Assembly: GCA_021613535.1 (NCBI GenBank)
Contig: CP075497.1
Span: 8,370,001 to 8,434,000, forward strand
Length of the DNA stretch: 64,000 bases
Direction of reading: 5' to 3'
Source of the DNA: Adineta vaga
Lineage: Eukaryota; Animalia; Rotifera
The notes under the pieces are model-generated. The model was not told the origin of the DNA and did no database searches. It saw only the letters and a program-made list of their open reading frames with translations. The number at the start of each line of letters is the position of its first letter. The stretch's first letter is position 1. The translations under genes were made by a program, and so were the position numbers. Shown here piece after piece: positions 39,609 to 52,160 of this stretch.

Positions 39609-40637
39609 GATGAGAGAGAGAGAGAGAGGAAAAGAATCGAGTTTTTTTTTAAATGAATAATTATCAATTCAATTCAATTCTTCTTCTATCTTCTGAATTC
39701 AGTTCAGTTGAACAATAGAACATCCATAGATTATTTTCCTCGAATGTTTTTTCGCCTCTCATAAATGAGAGAAAAAATGAAAAATCAATTTTTTTCAATA
39801 AAATTCTTTGCTGAAACTTTCTTGATTAATTTTTCTTTTACATTTGATTTTATAGATGTCACTATATATTCTTTCAAAATTGATTTTATTTATTCAATTA
39901 GAAATCGAAAGAAAAAAAATTGTTTTTTTAAATAAATTAAAAAACATTTTGTTTGTAAATGCTTTCTTCTGATTAGTCAAAAGTTGACACATGTTTAGAG
40001 GTTTGAAATAAAGAGAATACCACATAGATAGTATGGTGGATATATTAAAAACATTAAGCACGAAAGATTTCTTTTCTTTTCTCTTTCAGTTACATGAAAG
40101 AAAGAATGCAATGGTAAGAAGAAATTTATTGAAGATTACAGTTAAGTTTTATTATAATGCAGAGAGTAGACAAAGTAGAAAATTAAGTCTTTTGTTTTGT
40201 TAGGATAGATAATGAGTGAATTGATATTTTCTTAATTGGAAGACTAATACAATCAGAAATTAAACTAGTTCTGAATTATTCATCGATTTAAAGTTAATCG
40301 TCTTTTCTGTGTGTACGCGTGAGTACTGAAAGATATCGTCGAAGATGATCAGATCTTTCTTTCTATCGATATTATGATAATTTTTAAATAGACAGATGTA
40401 CGAGAAGATAAATATTTAATCAATTCAATAAAATAGATTGATTTCATCGATATCTTGATACATATTTTTTTATACATTGAATTCATTCTTATTTTTATTT
40501 TTATATATTCTAGATGGGACTTATTAACATAAAAATTTGTCCTTAACTTGAACTAAAAAAAAAAGACGTATCTTAAACTCGTTGTATATCATCTTAAATT
40601 TCGAACAGTGATTATTCTACTAGATTGAATAAAAAAA

Positions 40638-43355
40638 ATGAATCCACGTATCATAGAAAAAACAACTATCATCAATGATCCACTTTCTATTTCACAACTA
40701 GCTAAACCATATATTATCCGTATACCACATATTCAAACTAAATCTCCATTAAATCCTGAAAGTGGAAAAGTACTTATAGTTAAAACTGCTCCAACTTCAA
40801 CACTAACGAATCAATCTACCACATTACCAATTACACCTCAACAACCGAATAAGTCATTTTCTGTTGTTAAATTAGCTGATGGACAAATTGTTCTGGTTCC
40901 TAATAATGCTCAACCACAACAGCAACAGCAACAGCCACAACAACAACAACTAATTCTTAATAATGAAAATGGTATATCTAGAATAATCAAAGCACCATCG
41001 ACAAGTCCACCAAATCCAACTGGAATTATATCTACAATAAAACGAGTTACCAAAGAACAAAATACACCTCGAGTGAGCACAATTCAAATCACTAATTTAA
41101 CATCACCATCAAATAATTTCAAATCTTCACAACCACAAACATTATCAACATCTCCACAAGAACGTCGATTACGTCCAATAGCACCAGCACCAGTATTCAA
41201 TTCATCATCAGCTACTGATTTAATAAATTCACTTTTAGTTCAACAACAACAATTGAATGCCGCATTACCCGAAAATCTGTTACGCTTTGTCCGACTGCAA
41301 GTGTTCTTCTTGCAGGCGAAGATGATACATTACCTATCATATCCGAAACAGTCACACTTGATAGTAATGGTTCATCTTTGAAACATAATAATAAACGTAA
41401 AATTGAGTCGTCATTACCAATACAACACCAGACATCACTGCCTGTTGTTTCATCACCTTCGATACAACAAAAACCAAAGCCTATACGTAAAACGACACCA
41501 CCCGATGAGAAAGCTTCAACGAAAGCACGATTAGAAAATAAAGCGACATCAATTATAAAAGATTCACGAAAGAAAATGACACCGAGACAAAATGTCATAC
41601 CACCAACAGTCACACCTGAAACAAAAATTCAAAAGACACCAGTTAAACGACCAGTACCAGCGAGTTTACCACCAAAAATTGATCCTGAAGAAGGCATTAG
41701 GTATAAAAGGAAACTACTAAGATCTTGTTCGATTTTGATTTTTCTATTCTTTTTCAAGAATGAAAATATGTGAAACGATTTTACGTTCACTCATTGGTCG
41801 TATTGAACGTGAACAAAATCAAGAATCAATCAAAACACGTTTAGAAAAACATAGTACAACAATACCGAAATCTGAACATCGTCAAATTATTTTAACACGT
41901 TTATTAAATGAACGTGTCGATATTCTTCGACAAGAATTTCTGAAAAATCGTTCTGAACGTAAGACAGCATTAGTTAAAGAACAATTTCAGTTACAACGTC
42001 TTAAACAACAACAACAACAAATTATTCTTAAACAACAGCAACAAACAAATCATATTAAACAAGATCCATTGATATCAGATGATGAACATAATAAAGATGG
42101 ACAACCACCAGCGAAAAAAGCGAAAAAAATCAATGGAAATGAAATCAAACATAAACGACAAACAATTCCGAAATCATCTGAACAGAGTATTAAAACGTAA
42201 GTTCAAATTATCTTTCGTATAATAAACTTAAATCTCTTTTGTTTTAGTACAATTTCAAAACGAATGCGTCCACTTTCATCAACAAAAAGTTCTGAAGATG
42301 AACAAATTCCATCAGCGAAAAAAGTCCGTCGTCAACGTAGTAATCTTTCTGATCAATCAGACATATATGATAATGATGAAAATTTTCTTACAAATCGTAA
42401 ATCATCAAAAATAAAACCACAATTATTTACAACATTTCATAATTCGATTCAAAGAAAAGGCAATAAATTATCATCCGATTTTAAACCCGAAAATATTGAC
42501 TGTAGTTGTAAACGAAATAATGATACACAAGAGAAATTTTTTATTCAATGTGAATTATGTTCACGATGGTTACATGGTAAATGTGTTGGTCTAACAGCAC
42601 GACTTGCCGAAAAAATGAACGAATTTATATGTGAAGATTGTGCAATATTAACACAACGAGCAAAAGAACGTTTATATTGTATTTGCCAAAGACCTTATGA
42701 TGATTCAAAGTAGACATATTCTCTTATCATTGTGGTGTGAGATGAATATTTCGTTATTTAGATTTTACATTGGATGCGATGTGTGTGCTGATTGGTTACA
42801 TGGTGTTTGTGTCAATATAACATCTGAAGATGCTGAAAAGTTTGAAGTTTATGTTTGTCCAAGATGTTCAACAGAGAAAAAACAAGAATTTTTAAATAAA
42901 CCTATTACTGGTGAAACAAGAAAGAAATTGTTAGATCTTATTGATCAACTTTTGGTAAAGGAAAATTCATTTTATTAGATAAAAACAAATCAGTGGATTT
43001 TGTTTTTCAATAGGCACATCAAATGTCATGGCCATTTCAAAAACCTGTCGATGTTAAAGATGTACCAAATTATTATAAAATTATCAAAGATCCAATGGGT
43101 AAGGAATAGAAATAGCGAATGATTAAATATTTATTGGAAGTTCCTCTTTTCTGCATAGATTTAACAACATTGAAAACGAAAGTTTTAAGTAATAAATTCA
43201 AGACAATATGTGATTTTATTCGTGATGTTAATAAAATCTTTAACAATTGTCGACAATTCAATGCCATTGATTCGACATTTTCTCAATGTGCTAATGTTGT
43301 GGATAATTTCTTTCGTCAACTACTAGAAAATCTTATGGTTAAAGAACAAAATTAA
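40638..43355 (+). CDS. BPTF/NURF301 C-terminal-like protein (Q/P-rich region, coiled coil, PHD-PHD-bromodomain), apparent frameshift near 41300
   Basis: [32 protein letters not shown]|[52 protein letters not shown] match the BPTF C-terminal PHD-PHD-Bromo cassette. No DDT/WHIM coding found upstream. Confidence 0.85.
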
Positions 43356-44470
43356 TGCACAAAAAAGAGCATGAAAATATAATTCGCTTCATTGTCTGTT
43401 TGATTCTTTTTTTTCTCTCTCTCTCTATCTTCTTTTGTTTTATTCTTGTTCATCCCTATTCTTTGTCTTTATATATATGTTGTTCTTCGCATTCTAAGCG
43501 AAATTTCTATTCAATGTATTTGTTTCTATATATCGATAGCAAACAAAATCTATATGTGTATGTCTATGGTCTTGTTACATTTTGTATATTAGATTGAACG
43601 AAGAAAAGGAAAAGATATTATGTGCTTGTTTGTTTGTTTTTTTGTTTTGTTTTGTTTTATCACTCTCATTATTTTTTTTCTCGTGTTCGCGTCGGAAAAC
43701 TTGACTGATTGTTCTGTTTCATCCTTCTTCCTTATATTAAATATGCATATAAACACGGCTGGTTATTTAATTCAAGAAATTTTTTCAATCGATATGAAAA
43801 AAAAAGAAAGAAAATATTGTTGAATAATATTCAAGTAGAGAAATTGTCACTTCATCTTGTTTTTCATTGTAATGAAAATACATTATTTACCTAAATATTC
43901 GCTTCGTATGAATCAATACACATGTTTACATCAACATAACTAATAAATTATTTGTAAATACATAAATATGTATCTTCATTTTATAATTGGAATATTTCTC
44001 TCCGGATCTTGTATGTCAATTGACATAGTAATTATCTTGTCCATATTATTGACATGACATGAGAGAAACTATGATTAATCAATATAGAATTACTAAATTC
44101 AAACATATTTACTATTATATCAATAGTTTGACTCGATATAGACGTCTTATTATCGGTACAATAAAAATTTATTAAGAAGATAAAGATTGTAATAATCTTA
44201 TTGTGAGAAATAGTCTTTGTCGAAAAGGAACTAACAAAAGAAATATTAATCCGTTTTCTATTGACATCTATCTCGTAAACAACATATCCCATTGGTTTCT
44301 CTATAATTGTTGCTGACAAAAACAACATCGGTCGATTCAATTCTCTTCTCTTGTTATGCTTTGTTGTTTATCTCGTTGAGTTGAGTCGTTCTCGTTAATT
44401 CGCAATCGCGAGTACGAACAAATTATTCTCTATTTATTGACAAAAAAATTGACCTGTTCTTGTGCTTAAT

Positions 44471-46283
44471 ATGAGTGCTGACAATATAATCTCTTCTTCC
44501 CTTGATTCTGAACTTCATCATCGTCATGTTGAATCACGTCAAAAGACAGATATTCCTCTATCAACAAAAACCGAGTTACCAACTCCTACTACAGTTGCTG
44601 CCGTAACGACAGAAGATGATGATATGGAACCATTACCATCTCAACCGAGTGGAGCAAATATGATTATTGAAGAATCATCAATCGTAACACTTATGCAATA
44701 TTTCGATCGATTATTAGTTGGTCTTGATCCACGTTGGCGTAATTGGATTATTCGTGGTATTTTTTCATGGGTTATGATTCTTGTTTTTGCTAAATTAGTA
44801 TCAATGGGACCTTTGATTGTATCACTGGTTGTATTACTTATACAAATAAAATGTTTTCAAGAAATCATTAATATCGGTTATATTGTGTATAAATCTCATA
44901 ATTTACCCTGGTTTCGTACATTATCATGGTATTTTCTGTTTACATCGAATTATTGGCTTTATGGTGAAAGTTTAATTCATCATTTTGGCTTTATGATGCA
45001 TAAAAATAATTTTCTTCAACCATTGGTAACATATCATCGTATGATTGCATTTCTTCTCTATACAAGTGGATTCGTTGGATTTGTATTAAGTTTAAAAAAG
45101 ACTTATTATCTCAAACAATTTACATTATTTGGTTATACACATATTACTTTGATGATTCTAGTCACATCAAGTCATCAAATGATACAGAATATATGCGAAG
45201 GTAAATTATCAGTATTATAACGTAATCATATCCGTCTGTTAATGTCAGATGTCATATCAACATCGACATTGTTTTTGTACACATGCTGTTTGACCTTCGC
45301 ACTTATGTATAGAAATGTACCCATCGATTGCTGTGCCTTTGAAATATGAGAAGAGATAGTCGTTTAATTGAAAAATAGTTGATAATTATCATTGATTTAT
45401 TCAATATTGAGAGATCTATTTCATCCCAGATGAGATCTCAGTTCCGTGATGTTTCTCATTTTAATCCCATAGAGATTTCCTGAAAGCTTTTCTACGACAA
45501 GCATATGCAAGATAACATAAATCATACTTCGTCTTTAATTAGATTTATACTTCTATATATATATATATATTTTTTTTTGTTTTTGATGAACTTTAGGTAT
45601 GATCTGGTTTCTCTTTCCTGTTTCATTAATTATCTGTAATGATATTATGGCATATATGTTTGGTTTCTTCTATGGTCGTACACCATTAACAAAATTATCA
45701 CCAAAGAAAACTTGGGAAGGTTTTATTGGTGGTGGTGTATCAACATTAGTATTTGGTTTTATCGTCGCTGGTATATTAAGTCGTTATCAATTTCTTGTTT
45801 GTCCATTAGAATATGATGATGAAAACAGTCGTATAGCAACATCATGTATTGCACTTCCATTATTTCAAAAAACAGTCTATAATATGCCAAAACCTTTTTC
45901 ATTACTTAAACGTACATTAGAATTATATCCATTTCAATTACATTCATTGATTTTATCATTATTTGCTTCGAGTATTGGTCCATTCGGTGGATTTTTTGCT
46001 AGTGGTTTCAAACGAGCTTTTCGTATCAAAGACTTTGAGCAACAATTCCTGGTCATGGTGGATTTGTGGTAAGTTCAGGACAAAGAACGAATTCTTCGTA
46101 ATATTTCTTCTTGAATAGGATCGATTTGATTGTCAAATTATTATGGCTTTATTTACAAATGTTTACATTTCAACCTTTGCACGTGTTGCATCACCAAATA
46201 AACTTTTACAACAAGTCTTAGCATTAACACCAGAAAATCGCGAAGAATTTCTTCGTTTATTTCGTAATCATTTTAAATCATAA
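44471..46283 (+). CDS. CDS: Phosphatidate cytidylyltransferase (CDP-DAG synthase CDS1/2), apparent frameshift near 46037
   Basis: [78 protein letters not shown]; IPGHGGFV|DRFDCQ continues in a shifted frame. Confidence 0.93.
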
Positions 46284-46564
46284 GAAACTATACCAACAAA
46301 GAGAAAAGAAAACGGTTCGTTCATTTATTTTGCATTTAATCAAACCGGTTGTTTTGCTGTTGTCTGTGTGTTTCTAATCGATTAGTCTGATTAATCTGTG
46401 TTGTTTTGTGTATTTGACAAAACTTTTTAGTATTTTACTTATCCTTTGTATATAGACAATCAAATAATAATAATAATAATAATAACAATACCTAGCTTTT
46501 CCTTGTTTCGTTCATTTTCTTTCTGCTTACAGTAGATGTTGTCAAATGTATTGATATATTGTTT

Positions 46565-47994
46565 TTATGCGTCAATATTTATTAATACTTGCATCATTAA
46601 ATTTCGAAAATCAATCCCATCAATGAAATTCGTTTTTGTTGTTTTTACTAACCAATAATGAAATCCAAGTTGTAAACTTATTTCATAGAAATCTGTTGTA
46701 ATCTTTTTATCAATAATTTCGATAATATGTGTACGTGGTAGACACCAAACTATATGCGATAGAATATCTGTAGGCATACTAATAATAATACGTGCGCGTT
46801 GAAATAAATCTTGGATTTGTGTTAAATTATAGAAATCTTCACGATATTCTTGAATACGTAAATAGGAATAATCTTCTGGTAATTCAAATTGATTGATAGT
46901 TTGAACAATCTCATTATAACTATAATCATCGAGATTATTACGAATGATTAGAATTAAATCACGTCGAATAGATGATTTATTTCCAATTAAAATCTTATTT
47001 AAAAGAATAAGATCAGAACGTGGTGATGATGTTGAATAGAGAATGTTTGTATGATAAATCTGATTGGAATTATATTCGAGAAAACGTTTCCTATCAGGAA
47101 TGATTCCTCGAACGATAAAAATATCAATATATGGATAGATAAATACTTTGCTATTTAAATAGGGTAATAAGATCAAACTTGTTCGAGGTACAAGTGCTAA
47201 TAAACGAATTAAACGTGGTAGAATTTGTCGAACAAAACTAGTTTCATTAGTAAAATGATATTGACTATCAAATAAATAAATGAGTTCATCATAATGTATC
47301 GTTTTTAATGGTGATACCTGAGTATTAATTGTAACATCATATAAAGCATAGGTGATCAGTGGTGATGGTGTTGATGATGATGTTATAGAAAGTATCATTT
47401 CAGATCGGTTATACATGGATACCAATGCATTAGCCATTGATATTGTTGACATAGTTGTTCAAATGATGAACTTGATTGAGGTAATAAAGGAAATAATGGT
47501 TGAATAGGATCCGATGATGTATCAAGAAGAATTCCATATTCAGGATGAAATTGTAAATAATTAAATAAATTTATTGAATGAAAATTGTCTGGAATAGTTT
47601 GTTGAAAAGATCTCTTTGGATTGTTATAATCTTGTTTTAAATTTATCGAACGTTGTATATGCCATAAATATCCTCCATTTTGTAACCAATAAAAATTAAA
47701 AAATTGTGTTATTCCATATTGATTTAACCATTTTGGAATATCTTCACTAGTTATATTGTAAAGAATATTAAAATGAATTTTTTGATCAATTATCGCTGTA
47801 TCTCGTATATGATCAATAAATAAATGAACATCTGTTGGTTCATCTACTTGATGTAGATTGAATTTGATTTTTTTCAAACGTTGATTCGATAATAAACAAA
47901 ATATGAGAAGTAAAATAAATAGAATAAGACAATAATTGAAACGAAACAATAATCTGTTTCGATTCTTCCACATTAACTTCGAAGAGCTTAGCAT
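46565..47994 (-). CDS. Type II membrane glycosyltransferase family 61 (DUF563)-like protein, no coding intron, apparent frameshift near 47398
   Basis: N-terminal TM (YCLILFILLLIFCLL). C-terminal QILPRL, ILIIR and QIQDLFQRARIIISMPTDILSHIVWCLPRTHIIEI...FYEISLQLG parallel the GT61 consensus Q..LF..A.IIIGPHGAGL.N..F....VIEI. The two overlapping ORFs join if one A is added at CTG-AAA-TGA. Confidence 0.7.
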
Positions 47995-48399
47995 AGAATT
48001 AATAAATTTACTCACATTGTTCGTTATAAAATTTGATAAGAAATATTTACATAAGATAGAACATTCATAATCTAGAATGTTCTTTCATTTTTGTTTGTCT
48101 CGATAATGAGAATATATATATGTATACACGATAGATTCCGATAGACGACGAATCAGTTAAATTGGAAAAGATTTATATAGTTATGTGCATGTCAAATTAA
48201 AGCACAACGACATTTTCTTTCTTCTAAGCACTTATTCAAGTCTATGAATGTATGAGATTTATTTTTTTTCTCTTTGGTTTCGATTACTTCTCTCTTCCAA
48301 AGGAGAGTAATATATTGTTTCATTTTTTATTCATTTCATATATACAGTTTCATCTAGATTTGTTTCTATTTTCATCGATATAATAACAACTTTAAAAAA

Positions 48400-48552
48400 A
48401 TGAATGACGTATGCACATGTTCATGTCATGCAGATCCAGGAATTCGACATATAATGGCATGTTGTCAAACTTGTTCATCATGCAAGCAACGTGTTGTATC
48501 AACAGAATTGGAAGAACATAAAAAAAAATGTCAAACACAAAAATCCAAATGA
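48400..48552 (+). CDS. 50-aa Cys/His-rich microprotein, probable metal-binding
   Basis: MNDVCTCSCHADPGIRHIMACCQTCSSCKQRVVSTELEEHKKKCQTQKSK*; A-rich context before the ATG; AATAAA ~52 nt after the stop; 8 Cys and 3 His. Confidence 0.65.
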   Translation: MNDVCTCSCHADPGIRHIMACCQTCSSCKQRVVSTELEEHKKKCQTQKSK

Positions 48553-48868
48553 CTCAATATCATTTTTCATACGAACTGAACATTTATATATATATGATTT
48601 TATAATAAACTTCTTTATTTTGTTATAATTTCAAATGACAATATAAGTAACAATTGTTCGCTCTTCATATTGATATGTAAGAACAGACTTTCGAGTATAT
48701 ATAATTGAATCAATTGAAGAAAATTGAATAATACTCGACAAAAAAAGACGTGTTCGAGCAAATATTTCTTTTTCAAGACTTCATCAATAAGCAATGTAAC
48801 TATATGCATAAAAATAGCAGACGAAGAAAAAAAATACTGTGTTTTTGTCATCGTATCATTCATGTTCT

Positions 48869-49785
48869 TCAACAACAATTAGTTAATTTTTGATAAATTG
48901 TATCTGTTGATTCATTGAATTTATTGATTGGGATAGATGGAGGTATTGATACAGGTTGTCTTCTTTCCAGTAATGTTTCGGTAATATAAGAAAACATTTG
49001 AGTAATTTTTTCAATTGAATCTGATTTTGCGCTTGTTTCAAAATAATTCATATGATATTGATTAGCTAATTGTCTACCATCTTCATTAGAAACTACTAAA
49101 TACTCATGAAGATCACTTTTATTACCTACTAAAACACGAAAAACATCATCAGGAGCATTTTCATTGATACTTTTCATCCAACGAACAATATTTTGAAAGG
49201 TACATGCAGCAGTACGATCATAAACAAGAAGAATAGCATCAGCATTACGCTACAATACATTGATATGAATTGAAAGAAGTCGAAATCAATATGACTTACA
49301 TAGTATGAACGAACAATATTATAGAATCTTTCCTGACCAGCAGTATCCCAGAGTTGAAGTTGAATTGGTTTATCTCGTATGAGAATAGTTTTCAATTTAA
49401 AATCAATACCAATTGTTGGTGTGAATGTTTGAGTAAATTTATCATCTATTTATTTATTAAGAGGATTTAAAAGATTTTATTGATCATGAAAAAGAAGCTC
49501 AGGAATGTAATCTAAGTTAAATGCATTGATTCATATTGGATAAAAAGAAATTCAAATATGTATTCAGTTTTGAATAGAGAATTGTATACTCTTCTCGGTT
49601 ATCGAGATAAATATTTTCTTGTATATGTGACGAAAGAAAAAGTTGAGATGTACATGAATCAAATTTCTTCAATGAGTTTAAAACATACCTGAAAATCGAA
49701 ACATTAAACTTGTTTTTCCAACAGAACTATCACCAATTAAAAGAATTTTAAATGGTCGACCTGGTCCAAAACTTCGTCGACTCAT
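48869..49785 (-). CDS. Rab family small GTPase (divergent, Rab1/8/10-like)
   Basis: [55 protein letters not shown]-terminal CC prenylation motif. Confidence 0.93.
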
Positions 49786-50795
49786 ATTGAATTATCTAAA
49801 ATCATTGAAAATAAATAGGATACATTAGATTTCTTCGAGCGAATCACAAGATGTCTAGAGGTATTTATTTGACGAAAAGGACAAGCATTGAAAGAAGGAA
49901 AGAAAAAGCAATCGTTTTTCATAAACATATTTGCATTGCAAACTGGTTGGTAGCTGAAAAGGATATGTAAGATAGAAAAAAAGGTCCTCGGAGTTTTGTA
50001 TATAGATATATATACATATAGTTTCAAGCCATCGACAGGCGACAACAACAACATCAGCAACAGATAATCATAACAACAAAGCAATGTTTTTCCAAATGGT
50101 TTAAATCATTGCATGAAAATATCATGTATGTTATTTTAATAAATACACTCGAAGAAAAATTCTCTTTTTTAATAAATAGTGTTTCTATTATTTAAAGAGA
50201 AATTTTTCATGACACATCTCTGATTCATATTGATGAGGTGGCAATATTCCACCCAATACTGAATGAATCTCATCGATTAACTACAATATAACCATTTGTC
50301 TTTGGGAATTGAAATTCGACTCTTCTTATCTCATCATAATAGAAAGAATAGGATAAAACCTTTTTCAATAAACTGATTACTACACATACCTTCTACCTAT
50401 ATTTAACTAGAAAAATAATATCTATTACATCCAAATGTTGCTTCCAATTTTTTCATCTTCTTCTGCTCAGACATAGATTGATTACATACGTACTTGCTAA
50501 ATGAAATTCCAGACATTTATAAACCAAAACAACAACTATATTTGCATATATGTGTACATGATTCTAAATTACATCTGACTCATTTCATAGCAAAAATCCC
50601 ACCATATGGGAATTTTGACAAGAATATGATGAATCACTATACAAAGAAATGTATATCATCTAACTAATATTTACTCATGAAAAGTATAGGAGATATTTTT
50701 GTAGACAAAGTTAACTGCATAACTAATTATTCGAATCAGAAAACGTCTCATTAATGTCATAAAATCTGTTGACATGAACATTTGTTCGTCTGTCT

Positions 50796-50799
<4 letters not shown>

Positions 50800-50826
<27 letters not shown>
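50800..50826. repeat. (AT)n microsatellite
   Basis: Run of ~13 AT units in intergenic DNA. Confidence 0.85.
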
Positions 50827-50830
<4 letters not shown>

Positions 50831-50975
50831 CTTGGAGATTTTCAACACTATTACATTCATTATATTAAACATTGATAGTAAGGTCATAAAAAATCAACAT
50901 TATCAAAGTTAGTTTCAGTGAAATTTTATTCACACTAAAAAAATTATTATAATAACAAAACAAATTGAAAATTTC

Positions 50976-51644
50976 TTATTTTATTCCACGTTCAAATATT
51001 TCTTTTGCTTCGTTAATCTTCGCAGCAATATACGGTGATCCACCTGCAAACACAAACAATAAAACGAATCATCTTAAATAAACTGAACTGACCTCGATCA
51101 GGATGATTAAGAATAATCAAACGTTTATATGCATCGCGTAATCGTGTTTTACTCGTTGTTGGACTTAAACAAATTCAATGAATCGATAAAGACAAAATCA
51201 TATCTATGTTTCTCAACATACTTTACACCTAATATAAGTCCAGCTTCACGCCGAGTCATTTTTACATCTAGATATGTACACAAAACATGAATTGATTGTA
51301 TAAGAACACTTCAGTCAACATTCTTACCAAATCCACCTTTGTAATATTTCGTCTAGAAAAATGTAATCGATTAACTTGATGAAAACGAAATCAATCATAC
51401 TTACTGAAAGTCCTTCGGAAATAATTGCACTGGTTTTCGTCAGATATTGTGTTAATAGTTTTCCATGACGAGCAAAATATCGTCCTTCAAAAGAAATTCA
51501 ATAAGTTTTGAAAAACAAAAAGACTTCAAATCAATTTCTCACCAGTAATTCCAACTGCAGCTAAACTAAGACCAACAATGACTGGTGTACTCTAGTATAA
51601 CACGATCGATTATTTCTATTCAATCTTAACATAAAACTCACCAT
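50976..51644 (-). CDS. DNAJC19: Mitochondrial import J-protein TIM14/Pam18, 7 tiny exons
   Basis: M|[16 protein letters not shown]|GRYFARH...|TKYYKGGF|[15 protein letters not shown]|[24 protein letters not shown]|[22 protein letters not shown]; the first coding exon is ATG only. Confidence 0.93.
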
Positions 51645-51754
51645 CTTTATCTAGAAATAGAAAGAAAACTATAGAGATGATATTACTTTTATTTGAATTC
51701 TATCTGACAAGATAATATATAGAACAACAACAACAAGAAACAAGAACAAATGAA

Positions 51755-52160
51755 TTAATAATATCCTCGTGGAACAACAAATGTTAAAAAATCACCAAGT
51801 GGACCCAATTTTGGCCGTAATAATTGAAATGTGACATTCCATGCAATGATTATTACTATCCAAACGACCGTACCAATTGCACTACGAATGACATCTAAAA
51901 CAAAATGATTCCTATGAATATATTGAAAATAAACATATTCATTTACATGTACGAATTTGTGATTGTTGAGGATAAGGTGGAACTTTAAATGCTTGTTTAT
52001 AAAACCAGATTGCATTAATGAACCAAAGAAGTGGTAGGAAAGCAAATCCAGCTATTAGAGAATATATAGATCGATAGTTCAAGTTGATTTTCTTACCATG
52101 ATAATATTTACGACAAATATTTAAGCGTTCTTCAGGCGACTTTTTCTCTAATGTTACCAT
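51755..52160 (-). CDS. PSENEN: Gamma-secretase subunit PEN-2, 3 exons
   Basis: MVTLEKKSPEERLNICRKYYH|AGFAFLPLLWFINAIWFYKQAF...QQSQIRT|YVIRSAIG...LGPLGDFLTFVVPRG. Confidence 0.94.

Noticed and set aside
41194-41363. An intron to explain the frame change in the BPTF-like gene
   Set aside because: Phase-compatible GT-AG pairs are either too short or lack intron-like composition; a one-base deletion is more parsimonious.
45410-45440. Hairpin GAGATC...GATCTC in the CDS intron as an H/ACA snoRNA
   Set aside because: No convincing second hairpin or correctly spaced H and ACA boxes.
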